Notes under the pieces: model-generated | What the model was told of the DNA's origin: nothing | What the model saw: only the letters and a program-made list of their open reading frames with translations | Databases searched by the model: none | NCBI GenBank assembly: GCA_963725865.1 | Contig: CAVSAC010000014.1 | Coordinates: 768,001-832,000 of the forward strand | Source: Candidatus Eiseniibacteriota bacterium | GTDB taxonomy: Bacteria; Eisenbacteria; RBG-16-71-46 | Length of the DNA stretch: 64,000 nucleotides | Direction of reading: 5' to 3' | Position numbers and translations under genes: made by a program | Part shown: piece after piece, positions 62,252 to 64,000 of the stretch | Numbering within the stretch: the first letter of the stretch is position 1 | Layout of the letters: each line of letters opens with the position of its first letter

Positions 62252-63268
62252 CTACTTCAGGGCACAGAGCTCGTACAGCCGCTCCACGTTGCTCTGGACC
62301 CAGGCCTTCATCTTTTCCAGGTCGGCTTCGCGACCCGGCCTGGCGACCGGCTTGCCGGACTGCTTGTCGATCTGGACCAGGTGCGCGAACCGCCGCTGCT
62401 GGCCGAGGAACTCCTCGACCGCCGGCCGGTCCGCCGCATCGCGGGCGCAGTCCTTCACCGTGCCGCCCTTGCCGCGCTTCCAGATGAACGCCGGGAACAC
62501 GCCGGCCTGGGCCCCCACGAGCGCCAGATCGACGGTCTTGCCGTCCTCGAACTTCCATCCGCTGATGCACGGAGCCGGTACGAAGATCACCGCCGTGCCC
62601 GACTCGAGCGCGAGAGACTCCTCGATCGTCTTCAGGAACAGCTTTCCGTGCGCCGGGCTGATCTGCGCCACCAGCTCGGCGCCGGCGGCGATGGCGAGGT
62701 GGATGTAGTCGAGCGGCGCGCGCGCGTTGCCCATCGAGCTGCTGCCCGAAGGCGTGGTGCTCGTGTCGGCGAACGGAGTGGTCGCCGGGCTGTACTGGAA
62801 CCCGGTGTTCGCGAAGATCTCGTTGACCAGCACCACCATGGTGATGCGGGCCCGGCGATTGATGGTGTGCAGCAGCGCGCGCAGGCCGATCGCCAGCGCC
62901 CCGCCGTCCCCGCTCGCCGAGATCACCTGCACCTTCCGCTCGAGCGCGCCCGCTTCGGCGAGCACGTCCGCCACGTCCCGCGCCGCTTCACCCAGCGTGG
63001 GCGCGGACTCGAAGACGTTGTGCAGGATCGCGAACGACTTCGCGTAGTCGTCGGGCGCCTCGTCCCCGCGACCCCACGCCACCACGTTCGGAAACGCGAG
63101 CGTGGAGACCTCGGCGCACGAGGTGCCGATCGTGAACACGGTCTTGGTGCCGTTGTCCGAGACGCGGCCGATGTTCCCGAACGCGATGGACTCCATGCAG
63201 CCCGGGCAGAGCGTCGAGCCGGCGCGGAAGCACGAGTCCCGCTGGGCGATTTCCTTGTAGCCGCTCAT
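62252..63268 (-). CDS. porB: 2-oxoacid:ferredoxin oxidoreductase beta (TPP-binding) subunit
   Basis: LCPGC, GTSC, GDGG...IG, NE..ANTGFQ.S..TP and APC motifs. Confidence 0.85.
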   Translation of the reverse strand: MSGYKEIAQRDSCFRAGSTLCPGCMESIAFGNIGRVSDNGTKTVFTIGTSCAEVSTLAFPNVVAWGRGDEAPDDYAKSFAILHNVFESAPTLGEAARDVADVLAEAGALERKVQVISASGDGGALAIGLRALLHTINRRARITMVVLVNEIFANTGFQYSPATTPFADTSTTPSGSSSMGNARAPLDYIHLAIAAGAELVAQISPAHGKLFLKTIEESLALESGTAVIFVPAPCISGWKFEDGKTVDLALVGAQAGVFPAFIWKRGKGGTVKDCARDAADRPAVEEFLGQQRRFAHLVQIDKQSGKPVARPGREADLEKMKAWVQSNVERLYELCALK

Positions 63269-63999
63269 ATCCGGGTCCCCTCATGGAAGAACATCGTGGG
63301 GGGCGGCGCGGGCCCGTCGAGCGCGTCCTTCGCCTCGTCGAGCATCGCCTCCCAGGTCGGCTCGGACACGTCCGCGCCACCCAGGCCCGCGAACGCGCTC
63401 AGCACCCGCGGCGGCGAATCGAGCTCAGAGAGTGCGTCCACGATGTCGAGCGTGAGATGGCCACGCCCCTGGTGATGTGCCTGGTTGACGACCAGCACCA
63501 CGCTGGCCTTCTTGAGGCGCTCGCGCACGGCGGCACGCGGGAACGGCGTGAGCAGCCGCATGGCGATGCCGGCGGCCTTCACTCCGTTGGCCTGCGCCCA
63601 GCCCTCGTACAGCGATTCGAACGTGCCGAAGTCCGGTCCCATGCCGACGACCGCGATGTCGACCGCGCCATCCTCTGGCCAGCCGATCGAGTCGTAGAAC
63701 GAGAGCCCGGGACGCCCGAAGGTCGCCGCGAAGTCGGCGCCGATCTCGGGCAGGACGTCGAGCACCCGGTCCATGCGCCGTTTCTGGGCCACCTTGAAAC
63801 CCTGGAAGAACCGCGACGTGACGCAGTTGCCCATCGCGGTGTCGCCATTGATGAGCCCCGGCAGCGGGCACGGCTGGATCCAGCGGTCCTGGAACGCGTG
63901 GATCGCCGCATCCGGCTCGGCGGTGAAGCGCGCGTTGCGGTGGCTGTCCTTGATGCCGTAGTAGCCCGGCATCGTGGGTGTGAGGATCTCCGGGTGCAT
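63265..63999 (-). CDS. porA: 2-oxoacid:ferredoxin oxidoreductase alpha subunit, C-terminal part (runs off window)
   Basis: FAATFGR, VVGMG, RLLTPFP and GLGGADV; ATGA-coupled to the beta subunit. Confidence 0.78.
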   Translation of the reverse strand: MHPEILTPTMPGYYGIKDSHRNARFTAEPDAAIHAFQDRWIQPCPLPGLINGDTAMGNCVTSRFFQGFKVAQKRRMDRVLDVLPEIGADFAATFGRPGLSFYDSIGWPEDGAVDIAVVGMGPDFGTFESLYEGWAQANGVKAAGIAMRLLTPFPRAAVRERLKKASVVLVVNQAHHQGRGHLTLDIVDALSELDSPPRVLSAFAGLGGADVSEPTWEAMLDEAKDALDGPAPPPTMFFHEGTRI

Positions 64000-64000
64000 G

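Overview
Very GC-rich, gene-dense bacterial chromosome segment from a diderm organism (TolC and porin genes present). The taxon cannot be determined from the sequence. I saw no rRNA, tRNA, CRISPR array, integrase or transposase. Left to right: (1) arginine operon argC'-B-D-G-H(A fusion)-F; (2) an HDOD protein with acidic repeats, a membrane-domain/YbaK fusion, a secreted protein and an M14 peptidase; (3) a polyphosphate-type cluster (sixA, two tandem thymidylate-kinase-like genes, CHAD, convergent ppx/gppA); (4) a membrane-bound [NiFe] uptake hydrogenase with the six-cysteine O2-tolerance signature, hypAB and a Ni transporter, facing hypFCDE; (5) an antiporter, a GT-C/TPR protein and mscS; (6) a cusCBA-cupredoxin copper efflux operon preceded by a Cys/His-rich leader ORF ending in a RAPP arrest motif; (7) an ~17.5 kb pair of convergent respiratory gene blocks. 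Block 7 contains an MtrAB-type decaheme/porin pair, two Rieske-cytochrome b-nonaheme triads (one cytochrome b lacks both heme bH ligands and PEWY), an 18-heme NapC-like protein, an octaheme-NrfC-NrfD module with an apparent frameshift, a 19-heme CbcL-like protein and a c554-like tetraheme with a contracted CxCH motif, about 77 heme-c motifs in total; (8) 2-oxoacid:ferredoxin oxidoreductase beta and partial alpha subunits. Products were called by eye from motifs and gene context, with no database searches, and several start codons are estimates.
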